In this document: positions 1 through 9,923 of the stretch, in pieces
How positions within the stretch are numbered: position 1 is the first letter of the stretch
Layout: every line of letters begins with the position of its first letter
Assembly (NCBI GenBank): GCA_902768325.1
Contig: CACXKY010000002.1
Span: 1,087-65,086 of the forward strand
Source: Fibrobacter succinogenes
GTDB lineage: Bacteria > Fibrobacterota > Fibrobacteria > Fibrobacterales > Fibrobacteraceae
Reading direction: 5' to 3'
DNA length: 64,000 nt
Position numbers and translations under genes: made by a program
The notes under the pieces: generated by a model
Told to the model about the DNA's origin: nothing
The model's database searches: none
What the model saw: only the letters and a program-made list of their open reading frames with translations

Positions 1-1000
1 TGATGACAGAGCGGCTCGTGCCCTTATCATCGTCTTCGCCTACCGGGCTATTGATGTCTTCCATGTTCACCTGGGTATAGAACTTCGCGCCATTGCTCGT
101 CTTGTAGCCGAATTCGGCAGAGGTCGCCGCCGAAGTATAGCCGGTCGCGTAGTTGTCATGCCAGTAGATGAACGGGCTCATGGAGCGGAACTCGGGAGCC
201 TTGCCGCCAATCATGCTCTGTTCGACCACGTAAATCCAGAACTTGCGGGTCTCTACGCCAAAGCGGTGGAACATGAACGTCTTGATATTGTCGGTATAGG
301 TGCGGTTGCGCTGGTTCGCCACCTGGTTCGAAGGCGGCGTGCATTTTTGCGCGTAAGCTTCCGTCCCTTCAGGCGGGCATCCGGTCGCCGGGTCCACGAC
401 GTCGCCATACAGCCAGGCATTGAGCGAACTGTAAAGGAAGTCGTAGCGGAAGATGCCGGGCGTAAACTTCCAATGGACACCGTCATGGTACGGAGCGCCG
501 CCTACCAAGATGTCGTTCTTCGAAACCTTCAGGTCGTCTACCGCGAAACGGCCGAACTGTACGAATCCCACCGGGTTATACCACTTGGCGTAGGCGATGT
601 TCGGAACGTTGATGTCGAGTTCGCTCGGATCGTACGTAAAATTCTTGTGGAGGTCGTCTTGGTACCAGGCTTCGAGATCGCGACGCAATGGCGCTTCCAG
701 GAGCACGTGGAAATTCTTGTAACCAGCGCGGAAGCTTAGCGTAAAGAACGGGTCGAGGTGTTCTTCGTAACTGCGGGCGTTTTCGAGCGGGATCTGCAGG
801 CCTCGCCAGTTATTGCCATACCAGTCGGCCGTATCTACCGCAAAGTCGGGATCCGTAGGGCCGCCGTTCAAGCCGATGTCAAAGTCCGTACCGATCTGGA
901 AATAGCCGTTTTCGCCCGACTGCGAATGCGCCGGAGACGCCGCGCAAAAGGCGGTCGCGAAAAGCACCGAAAGACTAATCACTGAACGGCGAAAATCCAT
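1..1000 (-). CDS. Exported, probably outer-membrane, hypothetical protein (runs off the window edge; 3' end missing)
   Basis: Not in the ORF track because it has no stop inside the window. Manual translation from ATG at 1000 gives MDFRRSVISLSVLFATAFCAASPAHSQ... (signal peptide) followed by aromatic-rich, beta-strand-like sequence. Confidence 0.7.
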   Translation of the reverse strand, partial: MDFRRSVISLSVLFATAFCAASPAHSQSGENGYFQIGTDFDIGLNGGPTDPDFAVDTADWYGNNWRGLQIPLENARSYEEHLDPFFTLSFRAGYKNFHVLLEAPLRRDLEAWYQDDLHKNFTYDPSELDINVPNIAYAKWYNPVGFVQFGRFAVDDLKVSKNDILVGGAPYHDGVHWKFTPGIFRYDFLYSSLNAWLYGDVVDPATGCPPEGTEAYAQKCTPPSNQVANQRNRTYTDNIKTFMFHRFGVETRKFWIYVVEQSMIGGKAPEFRSMSPFIYWHDNYATGYTSAATSAEFGYKTSNGAKFYTQVNMEDINSPVGEDDDKGTSRSVI

Positions 1001-1055
1001 ACCTGTAAAATACAAAAAAAAAGCGCTGAGCGCCTCTGCGGGAATGATAACAACC

Positions 1056-1089
1056 AAAAAAAGCAAACGTCTGGCACTAGGCCAGACGT
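1056..1089 (-). terminator. Intrinsic terminator of the dcw operon
   Basis: 9-bp stem ACGTCTGGC/GCCAGACGT followed by TTGCTTTTTTT on the minus strand, downstream of ftsZ. Confidence 0.7.
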
Positions 1090-1202
1090 GCTAAAAATCA
1101 GGGAAGAGTCGCCCGGGCAGGGAGACCCGGGCGACCCCCTTGTGTTGTGGTGGATGCGCTCCTGCGCATCCGTTGTGTGTGTTTATTGTTGATTCTTACA
1201 GA

Positions 1203-2789
1203 TTAGAACAGGTCGTTCCCACTCATGCGGAGGAATGCCGGCATGTCGTAGTCAACACCATTCGTCTTGAGGGAATTCTCGGGGTACTTCAGCGAGCTCT
1301 GTTCGGCCTGGGCAGGCTGAGCAGCGGGTTCGGGCTGGCGCATAATGGCCGGCGTACCGTAATCCCCGTTAGACAGGGGGTCCGTATCGGCCATAGCAGC
1401 CATTTCCTCGGTATCGCGCAGGCTCGGCGTCACCTGGGTCAGAACGATTTCTTCTTCGACAGGGGCCTTGGCGTCGAACATGGACGAAGCATACTTCGAT
1501 TCTTCAACCGGAGCCTTGGAGGGCATCGCATTCATCGGAACCGTCCTGGCGTCTTGTGCGACAGTCGGCATGGGGATCGTGCCATGGGCAAGGGCAGCAA
1601 AGTTGAAGTTGGTCGGACGCGGAGTCGCCGGCTGGACCGTCGGCTGGGCAACATGCTGCACCGCAGGCTGGACAGGAGCCTGGGCCGGAGTTGCCGGGGC
1701 ACCCACAGAATTCACGAGGTCACGCACCTTGGACTGCGGGGCAGTCAGGGATCCTTCAGTGAACATCGGAGCGCTTTCCTGCTTGGAAAGGCCGCCGCAA
1801 CCCGTAGCAATGATGGTGATGCAAACCTTGTCACCGAGTTCCGGCAACAGGATATCGCCCATGATGATGTTCGGGTCGTTCATGTCGCTCACCGCTTCGT
1901 GGATGTGTTCCATCGCCTCGTTGTATTCGAGCATGGAGAAGTTTTCGCCATGGGAAACGTTCACGAGCACACCGGTAGCACCTTCGACATTGATGTCTTC
2001 CAGGAGCGGAGAAGAAAGGGCCAGGTCCGTCGCACGGATGCCGCGGTTTTCGCCTTCGGCGATACCGGTACCCATGAGGGCAGAGCCGCCGTTCGTCATA
2101 ACGGTGCGGATATCAGCAAAGTCAACGTGGATAAGGCCATGGCGGAACATGATATCGCAGATGCTGCGTACGGCGTTGCCGAGGATTTCGTCGGTCAGGC
2201 GGAAAGCACCATCCAGAGTGAGGGTCTTGTCCGTCGACTGCACGACGTTCATCAACTTTTCGTTGTCCACCACAATCATGGTATCGACAGCAGAACGGAG
2301 GGCCTGGATGCCTTCGGCAGCGAGCGAACCGCGACGCTTGCCTTCGAACTTGAACGGCTTGGTTACCACGGCGACGGTGAGGATGCCCATTTCGCGAGCG
2401 ATCGTACCGACGACAGGAGCAGCACCCGTACCGGTTCCGCCGCCCATGCCGGCCGTAATGAAGATCATGTCGGCGCCCTGCATGGCGTCCTTCAGTTCTT
2501 CAATGTTCTCTTCGGCGGCCTTCTTGCCCACATCGGGCCTCATGCCGGCACCGAGAGACTTCGTCGTCTTCTGGCCAATGGCAATCTTGTGGTCGGCCTT
2601 GCTCAGCTCGAGAGCCTTCGCATCGGTATTGACGGCGTAGTATTCCACACCTTCAATGTTCATGCCCACCATACGGTTCACGGTATTGCCGCCGGCACCG
2701 CCGACGCCGAACACCTTGACCTTGGCGTTGTTTATGGTTGATTCATCCATCATGATATGAGATGGTCCGTTGTTTTCGAATTCACTCAT
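1203..2789 (-). CDS. ftsZ: Cell division protein FtsZ
   Basis: GVGGAGGN, tubulin signature GGGTGTG, VDFADIR, and C-terminal MPAFLR peptide. Confidence 0.98.
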   Translation of the reverse strand: MSEFENNGPSHIMMDESTINNAKVKVFGVGGAGGNTVNRMVGMNIEGVEYYAVNTDAKALELSKADHKIAIGQKTTKSLGAGMRPDVGKKAAEENIEELKDAMQGADMIFITAGMGGGTGTGAAPVVGTIAREMGILTVAVVTKPFKFEGKRRGSLAAEGIQALRSAVDTMIVVDNEKLMNVVQSTDKTLTLDGAFRLTDEILGNAVRSICDIMFRHGLIHVDFADIRTVMTNGGSALMGTGIAEGENRGIRATDLALSSPLLEDINVEGATGVLVNVSHGENFSMLEYNEAMEHIHEAVSDMNDPNIIMGDILLPELGDKVCITIIATGCGGLSKQESAPMFTEGSLTAPQSKVRDLVNSVGAPATPAQAPVQPAVQHVAQPTVQPATPRPTNFNFAALAHGTIPMPTVAQDARTVPMNAMPSKAPVEESKYASSMFDAKAPVEEEIVLTQVTPSLRDTEEMAAMADTDPLSNGDYGTPAIMRQPEPAAQPAQAEQSSLKYPENSLKTNGVDYDMPAFLRMSGNDLF

Positions 2790-2824
2790 AGTTTATCTCC
2801 CTGATTGATTGTGAGTGGTTGTTG

Positions 2825-4069
2825 TTAGAAATAGGTCTTGAAGAAATCCATGAAACGCTGAAAACCTTTTTTCACCGACACGGAAATCTGTTTCCCGGTT
2901 TCACGCTTCCTGTTCTGGCGCTGTTTACGCGCCGCATAATGCAGGAGCCCGATTCCGGTTGCATAGGACGGGTTACGGAAAGCTTCCTGGATGCCGCTTG
3001 TGCCTTTGGGGTGGCCAATGCGCACCGGCTTGCCGAACACCTTGTCCGCAAGTTCGTCGATTCCTTCCAGAGAGCAGCACCCGCCCGTGAGTACAATGCC
3101 GCCATTGATAAGGGAATCCATCTTGTTCTTTTCAAGGTCCGCCTTCAAGATGCCAAAGATTTCGGCTACGCGGGCGCTGATGACGCGAGCGAGAAGCTTG
3201 CGCGAGCACTGGACGTCACCGCGGTCACCGACACCCGGCACCGGGAAGGTCTCGTCTTCGATCAGGTTGCTGATCTTGCACGTCCCATACTTCTTCTTGA
3301 TTTCTTCGGCCTTGGAAAGCGATATAGGCACCTTGAGACACTTGCTGATATCGCTCGTAATCGAATTGCCCGCCAAGTCCAGCGAAGCCGTATAGCGAAC
3401 CGATTCACCGACGAATACGGCAATATCGGCCGAGCCCGCACCGATATCAATCAGCGCGACGCCCAATTCACGTTCATCATCGGTCAGCACGGCGTAGGCA
3501 GCCGCAAGCGGTTCCAGCACAAAGTCCATCACGTGCAAGCCAGCGCTCTTGACGCACTTATCCAGGTTCTGGATGGCGTTCGGTCGTGAGGTGACAACCT
3601 GAACATCCACACCCAGACGGCGTCCATTGAGCCCCTTCGGATTGCGGATACCGCCCTGGTCATCCAGCGTAAATTCTCCGGGGAACACGTGAATAATCTG
3701 CCCGGCGGATTCCGGGATAGTACTTGCCTGATTCTTGACATTCTCGATATCCTGGCTGCGGACTTCCCCTGTCGGGAGCGTGATGAGGCCCTTGTAATGC
3801 AGCGAAGAGACGTGCTTGCCCGCAATGCCCACATAGACATCGTGAACATCGACGGATGCAAGGGATTCCAGCTGGCGAGCCGCCTTCTGAAGCGTTTCCA
3901 CCACGGAATCCATCTCGTCGGCATTGGTCAGCGGCAAGTCGCCACATTCCAGCACGCGGACGGAATCGTCGGTAACGGCCCCCATGAACAGGTTGATCTT
4001 GGAAGCCCCTATGTCAAGACCAAAAATCAGGTCTTCCTTTCTTATTTCATTCTGTTTGTTTTCATCCAT
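2825..4069 (-). CDS. ftsA: Cell division protein FtsA
   Basis: GLDIGASK, ALIDIGAGS and VLTGG actin-like motifs; position before ftsZ; start set at MDENKQ after a GAGG SD. Confidence 0.96.
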   Translation of the reverse strand: MDENKQNEIRKEDLIFGLDIGASKINLFMGAVTDDSVRVLECGDLPLTNADEMDSVVETLQKAARQLESLASVDVHDVYVGIAGKHVSSLHYKGLITLPTGEVRSQDIENVKNQASTIPESAGQIIHVFPGEFTLDDQGGIRNPKGLNGRRLGVDVQVVTSRPNAIQNLDKCVKSAGLHVMDFVLEPLAAAYAVLTDDERELGVALIDIGAGSADIAVFVGESVRYTASLDLAGNSITSDISKCLKVPISLSKAEEIKKKYGTCKISNLIEDETFPVPGVGDRGDVQCSRKLLARVISARVAEIFGILKADLEKNKMDSLINGGIVLTGGCCSLEGIDELADKVFGKPVRIGHPKGTSGIQEAFRNPSYATGIGLLHYAARKQRQNRKRETGKQISVSVKKGFQRFMDFFKTYF

Positions 4070-4910
4070 TGACACACCTCTTGTCAAAATTTCTCACATA
4101 AGCAAAACCGGCGTAACGCATGTCCACTTCGCCAGCACAACGCAAATCCTGCGGGAAGCCCGCCTTGACGGTTTCGTAAAAGGAAAACATCACGCCTCCC
4201 CAACCCGTTTCCGGGAACAAAACCTTATAGCCGACATCCCTAAAGTACACTTCAAAAGCACGGTCCTTTTCGCTCCACCCTACTTGAGAAACCTTGTCGT
4301 AAAGCTTCTTGTTTTCAGAGCGCATCGCATATAGGAACAGCGATATCGGCTTGATCTTTTCGACCGATTCCACGTCAACAACCGGCAAATGGAGCGCGGT
4401 CGTCATGGACAAGGGCAAAACCTTGCCGCGTTCAGAGTAAACGGTCGCCCGACCGCCATCGAAGACGGATACAATCGGAGATGCCTCCTTGAGCTTGATA
4501 TCGAGCGACGACGGGAAATACTTCTTCACGGTCACGGAATGGATAAGCGGCATCTGCAACAGGGCTGCCTCGACAGAGTCGGCGTTCACTTCGGACATGA
4601 GCATTCCCGGTTCCACCTGGGCGTTCTGCACCACGTCTTCCCACGAAAGCATTCTGTTGCCTTCAATATCGATATACTGCAAGTGACGCAGTTCCATCGG
4701 GTTGAAGCGCTGCAAATAGAACCTGTAGTTCCATGCGGCCCCACCGGCGACAAGCAAGACCACGCAAAGAATCCAGCCACGACGCTTGAACCAGCGGAAG
4801 GTTCCACCGACGCCACGCTTCATCTTCTGCGCGCGTTCCCGCTTCCGCTTTTCTTCGTTGTAGCCTATCCTACGGCCCCAAAATGTCGTTTTGGATCCGG
4901 TCAAACGCAT
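4062..4910 (-). CDS. ftsQ: Cell division protein FtsQ/DivIB
   Basis: Basic N-terminus, one TM helix, POTRA-like IEGN...FPSSLDIKLKE, C-terminal VDMRY; lies between murC and ftsA. Confidence 0.88.
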   Translation of the reverse strand: MRLTGSKTTFWGRRIGYNEEKRKRERAQKMKRGVGGTFRWFKRRGWILCVVLLVAGGAAWNYRFYLQRFNPMELRHLQYIDIEGNRMLSWEDVVQNAQVEPGMLMSEVNADSVEAALLQMPLIHSVTVKKYFPSSLDIKLKEASPIVSVFDGGRATVYSERGKVLPLSMTTALHLPVVDVESVEKIKPISLFLYAMRSENKKLYDKVSQVGWSEKDRAFEVYFRDVGYKVLFPETGWGGVMFSFYETVKAGFPQDLRCAGEVDMRYAGFAYVRNFDKRCVNG

Positions 4911-6283
4911 TCCTCCAAAATACGGGTGCCAAGCTTGTAAACATTCCCGGCGCCCATCAACACCACCACGTCATCCTTGCGGAGTTCTTCCTTGAGGATC
5001 GGGAGCAAATTCTTCTGGTCACCGACAAAACGGGCATTACGGTGGCCGCGGTCGGTCGCACTGTTGGCGACAAGCGCACCCGTCACGCCTTCAATCGGGC
5101 GTTCACGCGCGGGGTAAATATCGGTCACCAAGAGAACGTCGCAGTTCGCAAAAGCCATACCGAAGGCTTCGTGCTGGTCGCGCGTACGGCTAAAGAGGTG
5201 CGGCTGAAATGCAACCACGATTCTCTTGTCCGGGAAAGCTTCGCGGAACCCGAGCAGCGTCGCCGTCGCTTCGGTCGGGTGGTGCGCATAATCGTTGAAC
5301 ACCATCACGCCGTTCTTTTCGCCCATGAATTCGAAGCGGCGGGTAACGCCTTCGAATTCCGCACAGGCCTTGCGCGCCACATCCGGAGCAATGCCTTCTT
5401 CCATGGCGAGCGCCACGGCGGCAGTCGCATTCAGCACGTTATGACGGCCAGGAATCTTGAGGCGGAATTCGCCCAGGCTTTCGCCGTCGTTCAAAATGTC
5501 AAATACAGGGAATCCCTTTTCAAAACGCAGGTTATCGATGCGGTATTTCGCCTGGCGGCTAAAGCCATACGTAATCAGGGGCTTGCGGACTCGCGAAAGG
5601 ATCGATTGCACGTTTGCATCGTCAAGGCACAAAATCGCCTGGCCGTAGAACGGAATCTTGTTCACGAACTGCACGAACGCATCCTTGATTTCTTCGATGT
5701 TCTCGTAAGTATCCAGGTGGTCGGCGTCAATGTTGGTCACGATAGCCGAAGAAGGCATCATCGAAAGGAAGCTGCGGTCAAATTCGTCACTTTCGGCAAT
5801 CAGGTAATCACCGCGGCCAACCTTCGCTCCGCTGCCCTTGCCCTTAACGACACCGCCCACGATAATCGTCGGGTCCAGACCGGCTTCTTCCCAAATCTGC
5901 CCGACAATGGACGTCGTAGTCGTCTTGCCGTGCGTACCGCAAATGGCGAGAGTGTACTTGAGTCTCATTAGTTCGCCGAGCATCTCGGCGCGACGGATAA
6001 CGGGAATACGGCGGTTACGCGCCTCGACCAGTTCCGGGTTATCGTGCGGGATGGCAGAGGAGTAGACGACAAGGTCGGCATTTTCGACATTCTTTGCTTC
6101 GTGCTTGGAATCCACACGGATGCCAAGGCCCTTCAGGTAATCGATGACCTGGCCTTCACCCATGTCGGAACCCGTCACTTCGAAACCGTTTTCGTACAGC
6201 ACTTCCGCAATGCCAGACATTCCGGCACCGCCAATGCCCACGAAATGGAGCCGACGAACACGCTTGCAATCATTAATCTGCAT
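4901..6283 (-). CDS. murC: UDP-N-acetylmuramate--L-alanine ligase
   Basis: HFVGIGGAGMSG, GTHGKTTT, ESDE, DYAHHPTE and FQPH motifs. Confidence 0.97.
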   Translation of the reverse strand: MQINDCKRVRRLHFVGIGGAGMSGIAEVLYENGFEVTGSDMGEGQVIDYLKGLGIRVDSKHEAKNVENADLVVYSSAIPHDNPELVEARNRRIPVIRRAEMLGELMRLKYTLAICGTHGKTTTTSIVGQIWEEAGLDPTIIVGGVVKGKGSGAKVGRGDYLIAESDEFDRSFLSMMPSSAIVTNIDADHLDTYENIEEIKDAFVQFVNKIPFYGQAILCLDDANVQSILSRVRKPLITYGFSRQAKYRIDNLRFEKGFPVFDILNDGESLGEFRLKIPGRHNVLNATAAVALAMEEGIAPDVARKACAEFEGVTRRFEFMGEKNGVMVFNDYAHHPTEATATLLGFREAFPDKRIVVAFQPHLFSRTRDQHEAFGMAFANCDVLLVTDIYPARERPIEGVTGALVANSATDRGHRNARFVGDQKNLLPILKEELRKDDVVVLMGAGNVYKLGTRILEECV

Positions 6284-7359
6284 TATACTTCTTCCTTTTC
6301 CATTTCCAGGATGGCTCTCGCAATCCTGTCCGCCGCGTCGGGCATTCCAAGGCCCTTCGCCGCAGCGGCCATCTTTTTCAACTTTTCGTCATTGAACAAC
6401 AGCGATTCCACCTTGTTCCACAAATCGTTCGGGTCGCTATCGAGTTCCACGAGGCAGGCGCCCGCCTTTTCGACCACGCGGGCATTATGTTCCTGGTGGT
6501 TGGCCGTCGCATGCGGGTACGGCAGCAAAATCGAGGGCTTGCCGAAAGCGAGGATTTCGGCCAGGGCAGAAGCCCCTGCACGGCTGATAATCAAGTCGGC
6601 ATGCTTCATGTAGGCGTAGATATCGTCCAGGAATCCGCGAACAGCGACATTCGGGAGTTCACCGACGCGCGCGTTAATGGAATCGACGTTCTTCACGCCG
6701 ACCTGCCACACGACAGACACATCGTTACGAGCCGTAATCGCCTTGATGCTTTCTTCAATCTTCACGTTGATGCCCGCAGCTCCCTGGGAGCCGCCCACGA
6801 TAAACACGGCCTTCTTGCCTTCCGCAAATTCAGCCGGGCGTGCCAGGGAATCCCCGTCGGGAAGCCTGCGCACCGGGTTTCCAAAAACGCTCGTCTTATC
6901 GGCAGGGAAGAACTTCGCCGCATCATCGCTCGTCACGAAAATCTTCTTCGCATAACGGGCACCGACCTTGTTTGCGACACCCGCGACCGCATTCTGTTCT
7001 TGCAGGTAGACAGGGATGCCGAGCCTTCCGGCGGCAAGCACAATCGGGAGCGACACGTAACCGCCAGTAGCGACGACCACGTCGGGGTTCACCTTCTTTA
7101 CCACGCTTTTCGCACGCACCAGCGACTTCGAAAGCTTGAAAGGAAGGGCGAGGTTCTTGAGGAACGGTCCGCGGTGCAGCGGTTCTGCCGTAATGTATTC
7201 GTACGGCCAGTCCTTCGCCACAAGGCGTTCTTCCATAGAATTATTGCGGCCCGCGAACGTAATGTCCGTGTACCCCATCTTCTTGAGGCTTTCGGCGATA
7301 GCTACCGCCGGGAAAATGTGGCCACCGGTGCCACCGCATACAAACAGGAACTTTTTCAT
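6283..7359 (-). CDS. murG: Lipid I N-acetylglucosaminyltransferase
   Basis: GGTGGHIFP, EQN, GGSQGA, SRAGA and HQEHNA motifs. Confidence 0.97.
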   Translation of the reverse strand: MKKFLFVCGGTGGHIFPAVAIAESLKKMGYTDITFAGRNNSMEERLVAKDWPYEYITAEPLHRGPFLKNLALPFKLSKSLVRAKSVVKKVNPDVVVATGGYVSLPIVLAAGRLGIPVYLQEQNAVAGVANKVGARYAKKIFVTSDDAAKFFPADKTSVFGNPVRRLPDGDSLARPAEFAEGKKAVFIVGGSQGAAGINVKIEESIKAITARNDVSVVWQVGVKNVDSINARVGELPNVAVRGFLDDIYAYMKHADLIISRAGASALAEILAFGKPSILLPYPHATANHQEHNARVVEKAGACLVELDSDPNDLWNKVESLLFNDEKLKKMAAAAKGLGMPDAADRIARAILEMEKEEV

Positions 7360-8528
7360 TCTTCTGTCCTCATAAATTCAAAGCCACTGAACGCCTGGGC
7401 GGCAGAGCTTTCGCACCCGCTCATGTAAGGTTCGACAATCTTCTTGCCCGTTCCCGACTTGGAAATGTTCAACAAGATTCCGATGAACAACCCCGAGAAT
7501 ATCAGGTTCGTTCCGCCAAAACTCAAGAAAGGCAACGGCTGTCCCGTCGTCGGGAAAAGGCCGGTACAAACGCAAACGTGAACCAGGAAGTTCAGGAACA
7601 GCGAAATCGTCAGGGCCACCGCCATGTACTTTCCAAAGCGGGTAGAAGAATTTCGCGCCACTTCGAATCCCTGGTAGAAAATGCAACCGAAAAGCGCCAA
7701 GATAAGGAACGTTCCGATAAAGCCCATCTCCTCGCCAATCACGGCGTAGACGACGTCCTTGTGGGCTTCCGGCAAATAACCCAGCTTTTGCATTCCCATA
7801 CCGATACCCGTACCGAAAATGCCTCCATTCCCTAAAGCTTCCAGCGCCCTTTCCCCCTGCATGGCGGAATTCTGGTTCGCTGTCGGGTCGAGGAACGCCG
7901 CGATACGTTTGGAGGTATGGGACTTGATCAAAAGCGCAATGACACCCACCAGGGCGCCACCGCCCATAACAGGCAGCAAATACTTGAGACGGGCTCCGGC
8001 CACCAGCAAGAGCACGATGGTTATTCCCGCAAACAAAATCAGCATGGAGAAATTCGGCTGCAACGCAAGCAAGATAGCCGAAATCACGAACGGCACACCG
8101 GGCTGGATAACGCTGCACTTGAGCGTCTTGATGTACATCCCCGCTTCCGAAAGCTTGGTCGCCACCATCGTGATGAGGCCGAGTTTCAAAATTTCGGAGG
8201 GCTGGATGCCCCAAATCCAACGGCTCGCGCCCTTCACGTCACCACCGGCGACAATAGCGGCAAGCGTCAAGATGCAACCGACCGCAAAAATAACACGGGC
8301 TCCCTTCTTCCAGATGGAATAATCCACCTTCGCCGCGACAAACATGGCCGCCAAGGCAACAACCACCTTCCAGCAATGCGCCTTGAGGTAGTATTCCGGA
8401 GTAAGGCCAAGCTTGAGCGCGTGCGTCGTCGATGCCGTATAGACGACAACGCAGCCGAGACACATCAACACGAGTGTCGAGAGCAGCAAAAGCTTGTTTA
8501 CGCCATATGTCTTGACAGAACCGTTCAT
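7356..8528 (-). CDS. ftsW: SEDS family peptidoglycan polymerase FtsW
   Basis: Multi-TM protein with GASRW, QPSE, LPEAHKD and PTTGQPLPFLSFGGT; dcw position. Confidence 0.95.
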   Translation of the reverse strand: MNGSVKTYGVNKLLLLSTLVLMCLGCVVVYTASTTHALKLGLTPEYYLKAHCWKVVVALAAMFVAAKVDYSIWKKGARVIFAVGCILTLAAIVAGGDVKGASRWIWGIQPSEILKLGLITMVATKLSEAGMYIKTLKCSVIQPGVPFVISAILLALQPNFSMLILFAGITIVLLLVAGARLKYLLPVMGGGALVGVIALLIKSHTSKRIAAFLDPTANQNSAMQGERALEALGNGGIFGTGIGMGMQKLGYLPEAHKDVVYAVIGEEMGFIGTFLILALFGCIFYQGFEVARNSSTRFGKYMAVALTISLFLNFLVHVCVCTGLFPTTGQPLPFLSFGGTNLIFSGLFIGILLNISKSGTGKKIVEPYMSGCESSAAQAFSGFEFMRTEE

Positions 8529-8534
8529 CTACAA

Positions 8535-9923
8535 TTAAGCCTTAAATACCGGGGTCATCTTCAAAAGGGCATCTACGACCTGTTCCATGTGCATCCCACG
8601 GCTTCCCTTGACCAAGAAGATATCGCCTTCAGACACGATGTCACCCAGGAACTCGATGATTTCCTGTACGGAATCGAAATGGAATACGGCCTTCATGCCG
8701 CGGGACTTTGCGCCCTTCACATAGTTGCGGGCATCCTTGCCTACGGTCAGGAGCAGGTCAAAATTCATTTCCGGAACAAGGGCGCCAATCTGGGCATGCA
8801 TATTCGCACTTTCCTTACCCAGTTCCAGCATGTCTCCCAGCACGGCGATACGCTTACCGGTCGTCTTCATGTTCCCGATGGTCTGGAGGGCCATCTTCGT
8901 CGAAGACGGATTCGCGTTATAGCAGTCCGAAACAATCTTGAAGCCGTTCGCCTTCTTGAATTCCATACGCATGTTCGTCGCGCGGTAATTCGAAAGCGCC
9001 TTCGCGACAGCCGTCATGGGAATGCCGAACGTCTTGCCCACCGCGATGGCGGCAAGGGCATCATAGAGGTTGTGCGTTCCGGGAACGTTCAGCACGATAT
9101 GCGTACGGCCGACGTAGAAATCGGCGCAGGAATCGTCGTTCCACACCAGTTTTTCGGGGCGAATGACGCCGTGGTTCATCCCAAACGTCAGAACCTTCAC
9201 ATTGCGGGTCGACTTCACCTTGCACAGGCGCGGATCATCAGCATTCAAGATGAGCGTGCCGCCCTTGCGGAGTCCGTCCCTGATGGTAATCTTTTCGCGG
9301 AACACGCCGTCCAAATCGCCGAGGCGTTCCAGGTGGCTTGCGCCGATGTTCGTAATCACGGCCACATCCGGCTCCGTCGCCAAAGACAGCGGGCGAATTT
9401 CATCGGGGCCGCTCGTTCCCATTTCGACGACAGCCGCTTCATGGGAATGCTTGAGCTGGAAAAGGGTCATCGGGACGCCGATGTGGTTGTTGAAGTTCCC
9501 TGCCGTCGCATGGGTATTGAACTTCATCGAAAGGACAGCCTTCGTCATTTCCTTGGTAGTCGTCTTTCCGTTGCTACCCGTAATGGCGACCTTCTTCACC
9601 TTGAAGCGGCGCTGGTAACCCTTGGCGAGTTTCAGCAACGCCTTGGTGGTATCGTCCACCGGCGCATACATGGTGAAGGTGTTTTGTTCCACGGCTTCTT
9701 GATTAACGATGCTCATCAATGCACCATCCTTTTCCATTTGGTTAACAAACTGATGGGCGTCAAAGCGCGCGCCCTTTATCGGCCAGAACACAACGCCCTT
9801 GGCCTTCTCGCGGGAATCCATACAGAGATTCACTTTACGCCGCAGCGTACGTGCAGGGACGCCCACAGCGGTCGTCTCCAGGCACTCAAGCATCTCGGCG
9901 ATTGTCATATCCAGCTTTAGCAT
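8535..9923 (-). CDS. murF: UDP-MurNAc-tripeptide--D-Ala-D-Ala ligase
   Basis: ITGSNGKTTTKE, NFNNHIGVP, DCYNANP, GDMLELG and KGSRG motifs. Confidence 0.97.
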   Translation of the reverse strand: MLKLDMTIAEMLECLETTAVGVPARTLRRKVNLCMDSREKAKGVVFWPIKGARFDAHQFVNQMEKDGALMSIVNQEAVEQNTFTMYAPVDDTTKALLKLAKGYQRRFKVKKVAITGSNGKTTTKEMTKAVLSMKFNTHATAGNFNNHIGVPMTLFQLKHSHEAAVVEMGTSGPDEIRPLSLATEPDVAVITNIGASHLERLGDLDGVFREKITIRDGLRKGGTLILNADDPRLCKVKSTRNVKVLTFGMNHGVIRPEKLVWNDDSCADFYVGRTHIVLNVPGTHNLYDALAAIAVGKTFGIPMTAVAKALSNYRATNMRMEFKKANGFKIVSDCYNANPSSTKMALQTIGNMKTTGKRIAVLGDMLELGKESANMHAQIGALVPEMNFDLLLTVGKDARNYVKGAKSRGMKAVFHFDSVQEIIEFLGDIVSEGDIFLVKGSRGMHMEQVVDALLKMTPVFKA

